64,000 bases of DNA from Octopus vulgaris (GCA_951406725.2 OX597833.1:53010001-53074000), one strand, 5' to 3'; positions 45,606 through 59,845 are shown, numbered from the stretch's first letter. The notes: generated by a model not told the origin, from the sequence alone. Translations and numbers: made by a program.

Positions 45606-45807
45606 GCACACACACACACACACACATATATACATACATGCATTCATATATTTGCGTGCGTGTGTTTGTAAATATATATGCGCGAGTACATATGCATATA
45701 TGCATATATATGTATGTGTGTATATATATATGTATATATATATATATAGATATATGTATGTATTTATGTATGTATGTATATAGATAGGTAGATAGATAGA
45801 CAGATAA

Positions 45808-45913
<106 letters not shown>

Positions 45914-46271
45914 TTAGTCCACACTATGCAGCTTCCACGAATTCAAATGCGATTTTGTAGACTAAAACTGCCGCTGATGTAATGATAAATTACCTTGATT
46001 TCTAATAACATGAAATAAACTATGTGACATTGATGACGGATAAATTATTTCAAAGTCATATTTTAATATATTTATTAATATTAATATATTTTAATATATT
46101 TATTAACATTTCATGTTAGGCGGATAGAGGTTGACAGTTGAAATTATACTGCATAATTACGTTTATATTAATAAATGTATTTATATTATGCATAATGTTA
46201 CGATATATACATACATAAATAAATATATATATATATATATATATTTCTTAGAAATGCTGAGTTTTATTTGG

Positions 46272-46306
<35 letters not shown>

Positions 46307-46328
46307 ATATATGTATGTATGTATATAC

Positions 46329-46367
<39 letters not shown>

Positions 46368-46368
46368 A

Positions 46369-46416
<48 letters not shown>

Positions 46417-46717
46417 ATATATATGTATATATGCATATGTTTGTTATCTATGTTTAGACCCCGCCGCCATCGCATTGACAACCGATGTTGGTTTGTTTAC
46501 ATCCCTGCAACTTAACGCTTCTGCAAAAGACTCCGACAGCTTTTTTCCTCAAAATATCGATAGTTTATCCCGTCCATGCTCTATTATTAGCATCATCCTG
46601 CGTTTGAGAATAACACTATTTCCTTATCTGTATCTTTCAATACATCTCAACGATTCTAAAGCAAACTTTGTTGAATTCCAATGTAAGTTGAATTTAACGT
46701 GTATATATATAATGCAC

Positions 46718-46788
<71 letters not shown>

Positions 46789-46985
46789 TGGTTTAAAGTT
46801 ATTAAACAATACAGAAATATGAATGTATATCTTTACACATATATAAACCTATATTCATGTATGATAAAGATATTTTATTACACAAATACATGTAATATAT
46901 CTGTCTGATAAAGATTTTGATAAGCATATATGAATATACATGTTTATATGTTTTAGATATGCTATAAACATATATAATTGTGTGA

Positions 46986-47055
<70 letters not shown>

Positions 47056-47166
47056 CAAAATCATGTATATTTGTATACAGCATACAGTATTTCATAGTCA
47101 TCAAAGTGTATATAAAGATATATAGATATATGCATATATTTACGCACATATATGCATGTATATATG

Positions 47167-47247
<81 letters not shown>

Positions 47248-47530
47248 GTGTGTGTGTGTGTGTTTGTTTATATGTATATGTAAATATATATATTTATGCC
47301 ACACACATGTATATGTGTATATATATATATATGTATGTATGTATAACCAATAATAAATCTCTGAGCGAGGTATAAACAGTAGTTACAACACATCATGAAT
47401 TATATTTGCCATGTAAATATGGCTAACCCCTAAGGATGGATGCTACTGTAGCTTGTAACCCCAGGAGGACACCTCCTCCAATTGGCTATTGACTCACTTT
47501 CTTTGCCCTATCTGTGCCCCTTAGATATAC

Positions 47531-47589
<59 letters not shown>

Positions 47590-47590
<1 letters not shown>

Positions 47591-47829
47591 TTTATTTAAA
47601 GCAGCAGAAAATTCAACAAAATCTGTTACTCTCAGTTTCTCGTTGCCGTTCATCAGACAGTTTTTGCAAAAAAAAACTAGCAAAAACTGTCTGATGAACG
47701 GCAACGAGAAACTCAGAGTAACAGATTTTGTTGAATTTTCTGCTGCTTTAAATAAAGCATATTACTCTACCACTGGTATTTGAGTACTCTTTTTTCCACC
47801 TTGTTTCACATTTATGTGTTTACTCCGGC
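47590..47829. mobile_element. Hammerhead fold-back module in (TA)n
   Basis: 78-bp arms (47590-47667 / 47680-47757) with one mismatch, then a ~70-nt tail ending tttactccgg. Confidence 0.85.
47687..47724 (+). ncRNA. Type I hammerhead ribozyme motif, canonical core
   Basis: Stem I CTGT/ACAG; CTGATGA; short stem II CG-GCAA-CG; GAAA; stem III ACT-cag-AGT; GUA cleavage triplet at 47718-47720. Mirror copy on the minus strand at about 47623-47660. Confidence 0.75.
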
Positions 47830-47922
47830 ATATATATATATATATAGTTTATCCAAACAAGAAAACACAAAAAAACACAACAACGCGAGTAGGTGGAACA
47901 AATATAGTATTATTGGACACTC

Positions 47923-48082
47923 AAGTAAAATTTAGATTCAGATGAATATGGTACTTAAGTTAAAAGCACCAAAATTTAATATGGAATTATCTATATAATT
48001 TAAAATAAGGCGATTATAATCAAAACAAGCAACATTACCTCTGGATATCCTTGTTGCATACTTTGATTTTATATATATATAC

Positions 48083-48119
<37 letters not shown>

Positions 48120-48220
48120 TTTAAATTAAACGGTTATATTCTAAATGTAGCTTTCAACAAATGATATAAGGGTAGAGGCTTTAAATATACCCATTTATAT
48201 ATACATATACATGAATCTAT
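47923..48220. repeat. Dispersed repeat, directly repeated at 50371-50630
   Basis: aagtaaaatttagattcagatgaatatggtacttaagt...ggatatc...gggtagaggctttaaatat...catgaatct in both. Confidence 0.8.
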
Positions 48221-48392
48221 ATATATGTGTGTGTGTGCGTACTTGTATGTGTGTATGTGTGCGTGCGTATGTTAGTATGTCTGTGTGTGTGTGTGTTAAT
48301 ATTAGCAGAAGCTACAGAATGACTCAAGAGCCGATAGTTTCTTGGGGTGGTACTTATCAAATAAAACTTATGAAATACCTATGTGTGTGTAC

Positions 48393-48435
<43 letters not shown>

Positions 48436-48440
<5 letters not shown>

Positions 48441-48628
48441 TTAAAGCAGCAGAAAATTCAACAAAACCAGTTACTCTGAGTTTCCCGTTGCCGTTCGAAC
48501 GGCAACGGGAAACTCAGAGTAACGTTTTGTTGAATTTTCCGCTGCTTTAAATAAAGCATATAACTCTACCACTGGTATTTGAGTACTCTTTTTTTCCACC
48601 TTGTTTCATATTTATGTGTTTACTCCGG
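48436..48628. mobile_element. Second copy of the 47590 module, folded back inside the ribozyme core
   Basis: Palindrome centred on ccgttc|gaacgg (48496/48497); same outer left end and same tail end as 47590-47829. Confidence 0.85.
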
Positions 48629-48637
48629 TATATATAT

Positions 48638-48683
<46 letters not shown>

Positions 48684-48780
48684 CTATGTATTATATATAT
48701 ATATATATGTATGTATATATATATGTATATATATATACATACACATATACATATAAATATACATATACATATATATATAT

Positions 48781-48816
<36 letters not shown>

Positions 48817-49088
48817 TATATACATATATATATATACATACATATATATATATATGTGTGTGTGTGTATGTATGTGTGTATGTATCGTAGAATATGATAT
48901 AGTCCTTGATACAATATCATAATTTGAAAAAAATGAATAGAATTTGCTTTTCTGACCATTTAATAATTCGAGGTTTATAATTTAAAGTGGAATAAATAAA
49001 AGAATATTCAATTTTTATTGATTTTTTAAGATATTAATGTCTATATATACTTATATACATAATTTCAAATATCTATATATATTACACG

Positions 49089-49160
<72 letters not shown>

Positions 49161-49352
49161 AACTATATATTCCCAAACTATATATTCCTAACTCCCTGTC
49201 TGCATGAATACATATATATTTCAACTTTGTCTTCATATTTCGCTTTCTTTGTGGGGAAGGGGCCTTCAAAGTGGCTGCTTCGATAACTCTCGAGAGGCTG
49301 CACTTCAGAGGCATTGCCTGCGTATATGTATGCAATATATATTTAATAACTG

Positions 49353-49527
<175 letters not shown>

Positions 49528-49966
49528 ATATATATAACTATATATATGTGTGTGTGTGAGAGAGAGAGTGAGAGAGAGAGAGAAATAAGTTCAAGAAGAA
49601 CAATTCAATTTTTTTTTTATCCAAAAAGAGAGAATAAATAATCTACTATAAAGAAATCATATTCATAAAAATCAGCCAAAACAGTTATTAAGAATATGAA
49701 AATAACAATTGAAAAAATTCGTTATAGGTATGAAGATACAATAAACAAGTATAAAAATGGAGAAAATATGTTAAAATCAAAATTCAATCTAATTTAATAC
49801 AAAATTGAATTTTGATTGTAACATATTTTCTTCATTTTTATACATGTTTATGGCATATTTAACGAATTATTTCAATAATACATATATATATACAGACAGA
49901 CAGGCAGTGAAGGAGCGAGAGAAAGACGCACATATAGATACATATACATGTAACTATGTGTGTATA

Positions 49967-50057
<91 letters not shown>

Positions 50058-50060
<3 letters not shown>

Positions 50061-50742
50061 GAAAAAAACACCTTTTATCAATTTAAAATGAACAATTAAA
50101 TTACGCCATCTAGAAAATTACATATAATAGAAAAATATAAAATTAAAATAACAATAAAATGTCTATTATTATTTTTTGCAATTTACTTAATATATATATA
50201 TATATATTAGATGAGGGCAGCTGCATCGAACTCTCTCATGCACCAAATGGCAGTTGCTAAAAAGCATTCGTGAAGTAAAACCATGTAGCAACACCAAATG
50301 GCGGCGCCCCAGCATGGCCACAGCTCGTGAGCTGAAACTAGAATCAATCAATCAATCAATCATATATATATAAGTAAAATTTAGATTCAGATGAATATGG
50401 TACTTAAGTTGAAAGCACCAAAATTTAATATGGTATTATCTATATAATTTAAAATAAGGCGATTATAATCAAAATAAGCAACATTACCTCTGGATATCAT
50501 TGTCGCATATTTTGATTATATATATATATATCTTTAAATCAAAGGTTATATTCTAAATGTAGCTTTCAATAAATGATATAAGGGTAGAGGCTTTAAATAT
50601 ATCCATTTATATATACGTATACATGAATCTTTGACATTTTATCGTTATTTTAATTTTCATTTTTCTATTATATGTAATTTTCTAGATGGTGTAATTTAAT
50701 TGTTCATTTTGAATTGATAAAAGGTGGAGGTTTTTTCTAATT
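50058..50742. repeat. ~105-bp inverted repeat pair (50058-50163 / 50633-50742)
   Basis: Diverged reverse complements enclosing a LINE-tail fragment (50210-50362, with (AATC)n) and the 50371 repeat. Confidence 0.7.
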
Positions 50743-50893
50743 TTTTTATACATATATTATATTGTGTGAAATTTGATTTAGTATTTCTAAATTGAATTTT
50801 TTTTTCCTTGTAAGTTTGGATTTTATTCCCTCAAATAATAATTATATATATATTAGTATATACCTATATTTACGTCGATGGAAATACTTTCAT

Positions 50894-50980
<87 letters not shown>

Positions 50981-51187
50981 TGTGTATATACACTTATATA
51001 TATTAATATCTATATATATGCATATACAAGTACAAGCATATGTATATATATATATTTGATTTAGTTTATGTATTACATTTACATACACCCTCACATACAC
51101 ACACGCACATTTATATATACATGAACATATATAATTATATATACATATTTGAATGTATATATAATTATATATGTTCATGTATATATA

Positions 51188-51560
51188 GATTTTCTAATAA
51201 GCGAGAATTTGTCAGAAGACCTCCAGGAAAGCGAAACGACCCACGTTAAACGACAAAAACAGTGAAGCTTGGGTCTAAGAATCTGATGCTTTGGAGATAC
51301 ATAAAAATTGATGGTTCAAGAAAGTTGCTTAGAATCGACTGTAACTTGAATAGTGCCAAATACATGCATTTGCTGAAGGACAATTTGATACCAGACTTGG
51401 ATGAAGGTGAGTTTGACCAGCTCAGAGCCCTGACTTAAATATCATCGAGCAAATGTGGACAGAACTAAAGAGAAGAGTTTGTCAAAAGAATCCACGCAAA
51501 CGGGGAAAATTTGTGGGAGTTAAGCCACAGAGTATGGCATTTCATATCTATGAAGATGAT
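51188..51560 (+). mobile_element. Tc1/mariner transposase fragment, internally deleted
   Basis: Translates FVRRPPGKRNDPR*TTKTVKLGSKNLMLW...NLNSAKYMHLLKDNL...*PAQSPDLNIIEQMWTELKRRV (Tc1 WPxxSPDLNPIE motif). Confidence 0.85.
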
Positions 51561-51583
51561 GAATATATATATATATATACATA

Positions 51584-51654
<71 letters not shown>

Positions 51655-51680
51655 CTTGAAGTTAGATAAAGCCGGCTTAA

Positions 51681-51740
51681 GGGATTACCTTAGGTTTCAA
51701 ATCCAGAAAGGTCTTAGCTTTATGGCGTGTCATCAAAACC
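51681..51740 (-). ncRNA. Degenerate hammerhead-like motif
   Basis: Minus strand ggtt-TTGATGA...GAAA-CC-taa-GG-TA-atcc; C3U core change, weak stem II. Confidence 0.35.
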
Positions 51741-51934
51741 TGTTGGCTAAAGGCCTCTCTAGCGAGTGGCCTCTCTAAAGGAGGAAAGGACTTCGTTACT
51801 CAATGTCAACAAAGGGGATTGTCTCCCCTTGGCTATCGATTGCCGATGTCAACAAGGGCGATTGTATCCCTTTGGCTATTGATCACCGCTGACTCTGTTA
51901 TCTCGTGTGTTCCAATAGGCTAGAAGGAATTTCT

Positions 51935-52003
<69 letters not shown>

Positions 52004-52046
52004 GTGAATTGAAGAAATGGAGCTGAACGCAGATTGAACAGAAATC

Positions 52047-52199
<153 letters not shown>

Positions 52200-52318
52200 A
52201 TTCAGCAAAACAATTTAGATTTAAAAGAATATGGTACTTAACTTAGATGCACCAGAATATTTTTATGGTATTAACCATAAAATTATGTGGGGTGATTATA
52301 ACCAAGAAGAAAGCAACA

Positions 52319-52354
<36 letters not shown>

Positions 52355-52410
52355 CCGATCCATTCTTGTGGCTTTCTTCTTGGTTATATATACATATATA
52401 TATATATGCT

Positions 52411-52454
<44 letters not shown>

Positions 52455-52460
52455 AACATC

Positions 52461-52725
52461 ACAAAAACTGTGGCTCAGTCTTTCATGTTCCCGTTCGTCG
52501 GACAGTTATTATCAAGTCTGGAATAATATCGTGATGGTACATGTGATGGTATATGTACTATCACAATTTTATTCCCGTCTTGATCATAACTGTCCGACGA
52601 ATGGTAATATGAAAGACTGAGTAACAATTTCTGCAGCTTTAATAGGAAAAAAAAAGCATATTACTCTATGTTCGGTATTCGACTACTATTTTTACCTCCT
52701 TGTTTTGCATTTATGTGCTTACTTG
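52461..52725. mobile_element. Older fold-back module of the 47590 superfamily
   Basis: Diverged inverted arms around about 52550; actgtCCGACGA...GAAA...gagtaaca; tail gcatattactcta...ggtatt.ga.tact...ccttgttt..catttatgtg.ttact. Confidence 0.65.
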
Positions 52726-52993
52726 AGTAGTGCAGCCTCCCGAGAGTCATTGAAGCAGCTTCTCTGAAAATACCCAAAGGAGATGAAATATGAAGGTACA
52801 GATCACACATACACATATACACACTCACACACACACACAAGCACATGCATATACATACACACATTTCTGAAATCCAAAGTTCTAGTCTAAGGTATAAAAT
52901 TTATGTATCTCATGAGCGATGTTTATGACATGAGCTTGTAGTAGAAGATAAATAAATAAATATACATAAGTATATGCATGTATGCATATATAT

Positions 52994-53052
<59 letters not shown>

Positions 53053-53326
53053 TGTTTATAGGACTGCAAAAGAAGCGCTCAAATATGAATAAAACGAAGA
53101 CAACGAAACATTGATTATAGAACAAACATTAAATTTGAGTCAACTACTTATATATAACACCATACCTCAAACATTTAATCACATATAAATATCACCATGG
53201 TTCTTAAACTCATAAAAAATACATATACACAAAAACACAGCAGGTAAAAATATATATATTCGAATAAAATAACATCAAATACAAATAGAACGACCTATCA
53301 AAAAGGTAAATATAAACGACTAAAAA

Positions 53327-53667
53327 TTCGTAAACTACCAAAAAACTAATAGACGAAGATAACATAAATGTCCAGCAACTAAAAAAGTTTTACCAAACGA
53401 TTAAAAATATGTTTTTAAATATTTGAAAATGTCATTTTACTCCCCTATTTTACTCCCTTCACACCATTAAGTCCAAAGTTCATAAATAAACAGACTTCGT
53501 AAACTACCAAAAAACTAATAGACGAAGATAACATAAATGTCCAGCAACTAAAAAAGTTTTACCAAACGATTAAAAATATGTTTTTAAATATTTGAAAATG
53601 TCATTTTACTCCCCTATTTTACTCCCTTCACACCATTAAGTCCAAAGTTCATAAATAAACAGACTTC
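53327..53667. repeat. Tandem duplication, 169-bp unit x2
   Basis: ttcgtaaactacc at 53327 and 53496; units appear identical. Confidence 0.9.
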
Positions 53668-53689
53668 TTCGGGTCAAATTGACATACAT

Positions 53690-54010
53690 CTTATATATGT
53701 AAGAACCCTGTACTTAAAACGGTTTGTTGATCGATTAACCCACCTGTATTCAATAAACTGCCAAAAGTCATCAGATATTTACGAGTTGTAGATGTAGGTA
53801 TGTTCAAAGAGTAAGTGAACATATTTTGAACTAATATACCCGATGAAGACACATCATGGAAGGAATTACAAAGAAGGGCAACACTGTGTCCAAATCACTA
53901 CTTTCACCAGAACCGATTCCAGAGACAGAGCCAAAGAGCAAGTCTAAACGCCATAAGCATTAGGGGTAATAGCGGTGCTCCAGTATGCCGCAGTCCTTAT
54001 CTGAGATTGG
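53690..54010 (+). mobile_element. Old CR1/L2-like LINE 3' end
   Basis: FNKLPKVIRYLRVVDVGMFKE..NIF..NIPDE resembles 57530-57650; tail gcggtgctccagtatgccgcag. Confidence 0.55.
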
Positions 54011-54139
54011 TAACGGAATAATAGAATGTGTATACGTGCGTGTGTACACACACACATATATATACACATGCATATTTATTTTTTACAGTTCTAGTGATGG
54101 ACTGGATCTGTTGTTCTCGAATATATGCATGCATTTATG

Positions 54140-54201
<62 letters not shown>

Positions 54202-54264
54202 TACATATATATATATAATTACACACACACACATATATATATATACACACATACATACATACAT

Positions 54265-54295
<31 letters not shown>

Positions 54296-54296
<1 letters not shown>

Positions 54297-54662
54297 CGAG
54301 CTAAACGCCCCCCCCCCCGTCCAATGGACGGTGCTGAGTTGTCAAACATTTAAACCAAATTTTCTCAAAACAACTTGTCCAACAGTCCCATAGGCCTTCC
54401 CTTTGAGAAACACTGATTTAACCTAAATTTGGGACACCAGCAAAAGAAGGATTTCGACTGGTGTACTTGCGCGTACAAATGCACTTTCCCACGGCTTTAC
54501 CGATCGCATTCTCATATGGAATCGATTTTTGTGATTTTTTTTCAAGACTTATACACGCCCTGATACCGTCGGTATCTGCTCATCAAATTTGAGCGCAATC
54601 GGATGGAGGATGCCCGAGATCCTAGAAGACGCAAACAGACAGAACGGATTTTATAATTTATA
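54296..54662 (-). mobile_element. Possible non-autonomous Helitron-like element
   Basis: Subterminal hairpin ccgtcc-aat-ggacgg (54317-54331) near a degenerate CTAG. The other end has the caaatttgagcgcaatcggatg...acagacag motif reminiscent of Lep1-like Helitrons (from memory). Inserted in TA repeats. Confidence 0.35.
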
Positions 54663-54947
54663 TATATATATATATATATTCGCATAATAACAAAGTAAAA
54701 AAAAAAGACGCTAACATATCTAAATGTGCTGAACATACCAACGGAGATGAAAATAGTGATAATGCTGGTATCTAAATTAATATTTGTTTTATATAAATTA
54801 TCTCTTATCTCCTCCCCCTACATTCTCTTTTGCCTTGTTTTCTCTTCATTATCTTCCTCTCCTCCTCCACCTCATTCTCTTCCTTCCATTTCATCTTCAT
54901 CTACTGCATATTTTGGAATTCTGCTGTTGCTATCATCTGTTTATTTG

Positions 54948-55006
<59 letters not shown>

Positions 55007-55031
55007 TATTATTATTATCATTATTATTATT

Positions 55032-55585
55032 GAGTGAGAGAGCAGTGCATGCCATCAGAGTGACACTGGGGTATAATATACGAAGCCTAGTATACCTATC
55101 ATGACTACCAGCCTGATAAGGGTACACCACGCACATGCATCACAACCATATGTGCGCGAGATGGTGATCTCATAACAAGATAAATAGCGCATGACCTTGC
55201 GGGTGGGGCCCAGTTAGAATTTTCTTCTGGTCGGGTAACCCATCCCACTCAAAAGGTCCCTGATTAAGGGTTGTTTAAGGATGTTAAATGAAACACCCAT
55301 GTTTCCAGAGGTGAATTATTCAAACCACAAAGAATCCCTCACAACACATGGCTATGATGCTTCCCCACTACTTCTGCTCATGATCAGAGATGCACATATC
55401 GTCAGCCACTAAGGGACATGATCAACAGGTTAAGGTCAAACAACTGACAAGCAAATCTGTGGTATTGAGCAGAATATTTGCTGTAGCCCATCTTTTATAC
55501 CAAGACAAAACAATGTACATGATAACACTTCCAATCAGTTAAGATCAGAAGCCATGAGAGCCGCTGCTTGATACTGCATCAGGGC

Positions 55586-55655
<70 letters not shown>

Positions 55656-56118
55656 GAGTGAGTCAGAGAAAACAGCACACGCCATCAAAGTGGCGCTGGG
55701 GTACAAATTTGCGAAGCCCAATATACCCATCATGACTACCCGTTTGATAAGGGCACACCAGACAAATGCATCACAACCATATATGCGCGCACTGGTAATC
55801 TCTTATCGAGATAAACAGCGCGTGACCCTGCAGTTGGAGCCCCATTAGAATTTTCTTCAGGTCGAGTAACCCATCCCGCTCAAAGGTTTCTTGAACAAGG
55901 TTTGTTTAAGGATGAAGAATGAAACAACACATATTTCAAGAGATGAATTATTCAAACACCAAAGAATTCCTCTCAACACATGGATATGACGTTCCCCAAC
56001 AATTCCTGCTCCTGATCAGAGATGCACATATTGTCAGCCACTAAGGGACATGCTCAACTGGTTATAGTCAAGCAAATGGCAAACAAATATGTGGTATTGA
56101 GCAGAATATTTACTGTAT
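55032..56118 (-). mobile_element. Two diverged tandem copies of a ~550-bp element embedded in (AAT)n
   Basis: 55032-55588 and 55635-56118 align along their length; each abuts an (ATT)n tract (54948-55031, 55588-55635). Confidence 0.75.
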
Positions 56119-56134
56119 TTCACTCGGTGTGCTA

Positions 56135-56562
56135 ACGTTTCTTATTTCTTTACTGCCCACAAGGGGCTACATACAGAGGGGACAAACAAGGTCAGACAAA
56201 CGTATTAAGTCGATTATATCGACTCCAGTGCGTAACTGGTACTTATTTAATCGACCTCGAAAGGTTGAATGGCAAAGTCGACCTCGGCGGAATGTGAACT
56301 CAGAACGTAGCGACAGACGAAATACCTATTCCTTTACTTACCCACAAGGGGCTAAACACAGAGGGGGCAAACAAGGACAGATAAACGGATTAAGTTGATT
56401 ACATCGACCCCAGTACGTAACTGGTACTTATTTAATCAACCCAGAAAGGATGAAAGGCAAAGTCGACCTTGGCGGAATTTGAACTCTGAACTTAGCGGCA
56501 GACGAAATACCGCTCAGCATTTCGGCCGGCGTGCTAACGCTTCTGCCAGCTCGCTGCCTTCG
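56135..56562 (-). mobile_element. SINE family B tandem dimer
   Basis: Two units with junction cagacgaaatac|ctattcc at about 56325. Confidence 0.85.
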
Positions 56563-56854
56563 TGTGCTAACTTACTGCCTGTTCACCATCTTTATCCTTA
56601 TTATCATTAACATCTGTAATATTGTTCTTCCCAGCATTGTGTATTTGTGTTTGTATGTTGCTCTTTAAACAACATTAAAACTATGGAACGTAATCGATGA
56701 CATAATCCAATTATTCAACATACTGAAGCTCTGTTATGAAAATACGGGATATGCCAAAAGTCACGCACAAAACAAATTCAATACACTCTGAAACTGCCTA
56801 AGATATACTTCAATTTTTATAAAATTGAAGAAAATAAATAAAATAACGATGAAT

Positions 56855-57017
56855 GTAGGAGTGGCTGTGTGGTAAGTAGCTTGCTTACCAACCACATGGT
56901 TCCGGGTTCAGTCCCACTGCGTGGCACCTTGGGCAAGTGTCTTCTACTATAGACTCGGGCCGACCAAAGCCTTGTGAGTGGATTTGGGCAGACGAAAACT
57001 GAAAGAAGCCCGTCGTA
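56855..57017 (+). mobile_element. SINE family A, 5' half ending in (TA)n
   Basis: Head and body match. Confidence 0.85.
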
Positions 57018-57025
57018 TACATGTA

Positions 57026-57090
<65 letters not shown>

Positions 57091-57107
57091 CTATGTATGT
57101 ATGAGTA

Positions 57108-57149
<42 letters not shown>

Positions 57150-57165
57150 TATGTATGTATGAGTG

Positions 57166-57198
<33 letters not shown>

Positions 57199-57527
57199 AT
57201 ATATACATACATTTTCACGATTACAGCCAGCGAATCTAGTCAACGCACAAGTCAGCCATTATGCTACTCCACCCCCCCCCCAACACCCGGCCCCAAAACA
57301 CCACCACGTGGACTCTGTTGAGACTAGTAAGAAACAATTATGAACATTTTATTACACTTAACTTTTTAAAATAATTTTGATACGATTCCTTTTTTCAAGA
57401 GGAATCGAAACATGTAAAATCTCTAAGAAAATTAAAATTTATCTTATATAGCAGCGTTTTCAAACTTCTTTTTTATAAATATATACCTACTCGTATGCCA
57501 CCTTCACTTTATAAATATATATATATA

Positions 57528-57797
57528 TAAGGGCCCACAGCGTTTTTAATATTCTCCCAAAGAGTCTGAGGAACTTGCACAAAGTAGATGTAGCGGTTTT
57601 TAAATCAAAGCTGGACATCTTCCTGTCGAGAGTCCCAGATGAACCTACCTCACGGCAAGAGGTGCAAATGAGAGTAGCTATATCAAACTCCATTCTTCAC
57701 CAAGTGCCTCATATTAGACGAGGTTTTTCGCAATAACAGTGTAGCACAAAACGGCGGTGCATCAGCATGGCCGCAGCTCTGAGCTGAAACTAGAAAG

Positions 57798-57800
<3 letters not shown>
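57528..57800 (+). mobile_element. CR1/L2-like LINE 3' end
   Basis: FNILPKSLRNLHKVDVAVFKSKLDIFLSRVPDEP, then a 3'UTR ending ggcggtgcatcagcatggccgcagctctgagctgaaactag. Confidence 0.75.
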
Positions 57801-57863
<63 letters not shown>

Positions 57864-58579
57864 GTATACATATATATATGTATATATATAATATATTTAT
57901 ATATATCTATCATTTGTCATATATCATTCGCTTCAAAATTTGTTTCAGCATCTACTGATTACGTGAGCACGTGAGTATGCTGTATATTTTTGAAACTGTA
58001 TACATGACTAATAGCCCCATTTTCCACGTTGTGCCCTCTCTTTTACAGAAGCTGATGTGTCTATCGGCTCATATATTAATTTGTGCCTTGGGAATATATC
58101 TTTATCTATGTGCATGTATGCATGCATGTAGATATCCATATATGCATACATGTTTATACATACATACTTACATGTATATATATATGTGTGTGTGTGTGTA
58201 TGTGTATACACTTGTTTATACACATATGTATGAATGTATGTATGTATATATGTATGTATGGTTGTGTATGTATGTGTGGTTGTGTGTGAGATGAGTATTT
58301 TTTATGGTTTTCACGTGTGAAAGCAATGACTGTTCTTTGCCTATAAAACTTCACTTCATTATCTTAGCTGACTTTTAGTGTTTGGTTTTTAATTTTACCG
58401 CCGATTGAGAAGGGATGGGGCAGCGCTTACGACACTTTTCAGGGCTTCGAAGCTGCTAAAAGTGAAATGAATGAAGCAATTTTGACACTGGAGACCCAAT
58501 CTGAAACCTTGCAATACAGTGGTCTTCTTAAAAGGCAACCAGCGACCTGATGGTTTTGTTAAGGATCTGATATTTCATT

Positions 58580-58845
58580 TTTTCTCTTTTATTTGTTTCA
58601 GTCATTAGATTGCAGCCAAACCCTATATTGAAGGGTTTAGCTAAACAAATAGACCCACTCTGTCTTTTTTTGCTGGACTGCTAGATTACTTAGACGTAAA
58701 CTAACCTGGTAGTATGCACCTGGGGTCCGCAACTCTTGTGGCAAAGAAATTTCGCGGCCGGGGACCGTAAAGGACATTTGCCCAAGGTGTCACACTGTGA
58801 GACTGAAGCCGGAAGCATGTGGCAGCTTCTTAACACGCCTGCACG
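58580..58845 (-). mobile_element. Old SINE family A copy
   Basis: Degenerate tail ttgtttcagtcattagattgcagcc and head-side gacatttgcccaaggtgtcac. Confidence 0.55.
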
Positions 58846-59012
58846 TAATGAATATATTATTGAAATGCTATCGTGTAGAGATATTCTCTGTCAATTTCAA
58901 CGATGAGCGTTCAATTTGTTCGATAAGCTGAACAGCCTACTTGTTTGTCTAAGGGCAAAGTATTCTGTACAGAAGCCTTAATATTTAAATTTATCTCCAT
59001 AGATTTCCCATA

Positions 59013-59625
59013 GAAATTGTAAGGAGATCGCAAGAGGAATCCCGAAATTGTAAGGAGATTGCAAGAGGAATCCCGAAATTGTAAGGAGATTGCAAGAGGA
59101 ATCCCGAGATGAGGAGAAGGAGTTGTACATGTGCTTTGTTGATATGGGGAAGGCATTTGATAAGGATCCAAGGAAAGCGATTGAGTGGGCATTGAAGAAG
59201 GGAGGTGTACTAGAGGTAATAGTGAAGGCAGTGATGAGTTTGTATGAGGGGGTAAAAACAAGAGATAGAATTGGATCAGAGCTGTCGCAGGAGTTTGCGA
59301 CTGATGATTTGATGGGGAAGCTGAGGTTGGAGGAATCGGTGGAACGGCTGTCAAGGGCGATTGGTGTGTGATAGTATGGGCATGTGTTGAGGAGGGATGG
59401 GGAGCATGTCCTGAGGACGTTGCTTGCGTTTGAGGTAAATGGAGCACGAAAGCGAGGAAGAGCAAGGAAAAGGTGGATGGGAGAGGTGGAGGAGGAGATT
59501 GGGAGGGTTGGTTTGAGAAAAGAGGACGCCCCAAACCGGGCAAGATGGTGAGATGGTGTGATGGCCGTTGCTATGGCATTGAGGTAGATCCGGCCTCCCA
59601 CGTTAACGGGGACAAAATCTGGATG
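59013..59625 (+). mobile_element. RTE LINE, internally deleted, with a 31-bp x3 repeat at its 5' end (59013-59105)
   Basis: IVRRLQEE...LYMCFVDMGKAFD...IEWALKK (RT) joined to YGHVLRRDGEHVLR...GARKRGR.RKRW (C-terminus). Confidence 0.8.
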
Positions 59626-59692
59626 ATATATATACGTGTATATATATTTGCGCATATATATATATATCTACATATATATGTATATATGTATA

Positions 59693-59739
<47 letters not shown>

Positions 59740-59845
59740 ATATAAATACATAGATATATATATGTATATATATATATACATATGCATACATTTACATGCA
59801 TATAAATATTTACTTGTATATATATATATGCATATATATGTATAT

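Noticed and set aside
59013-59105. 31-bp x3 repeat as CRISPR or regulatory array
   Set aside because: No spacers; it duplicates RTE RT-coding sequence (IVRRLQEE).
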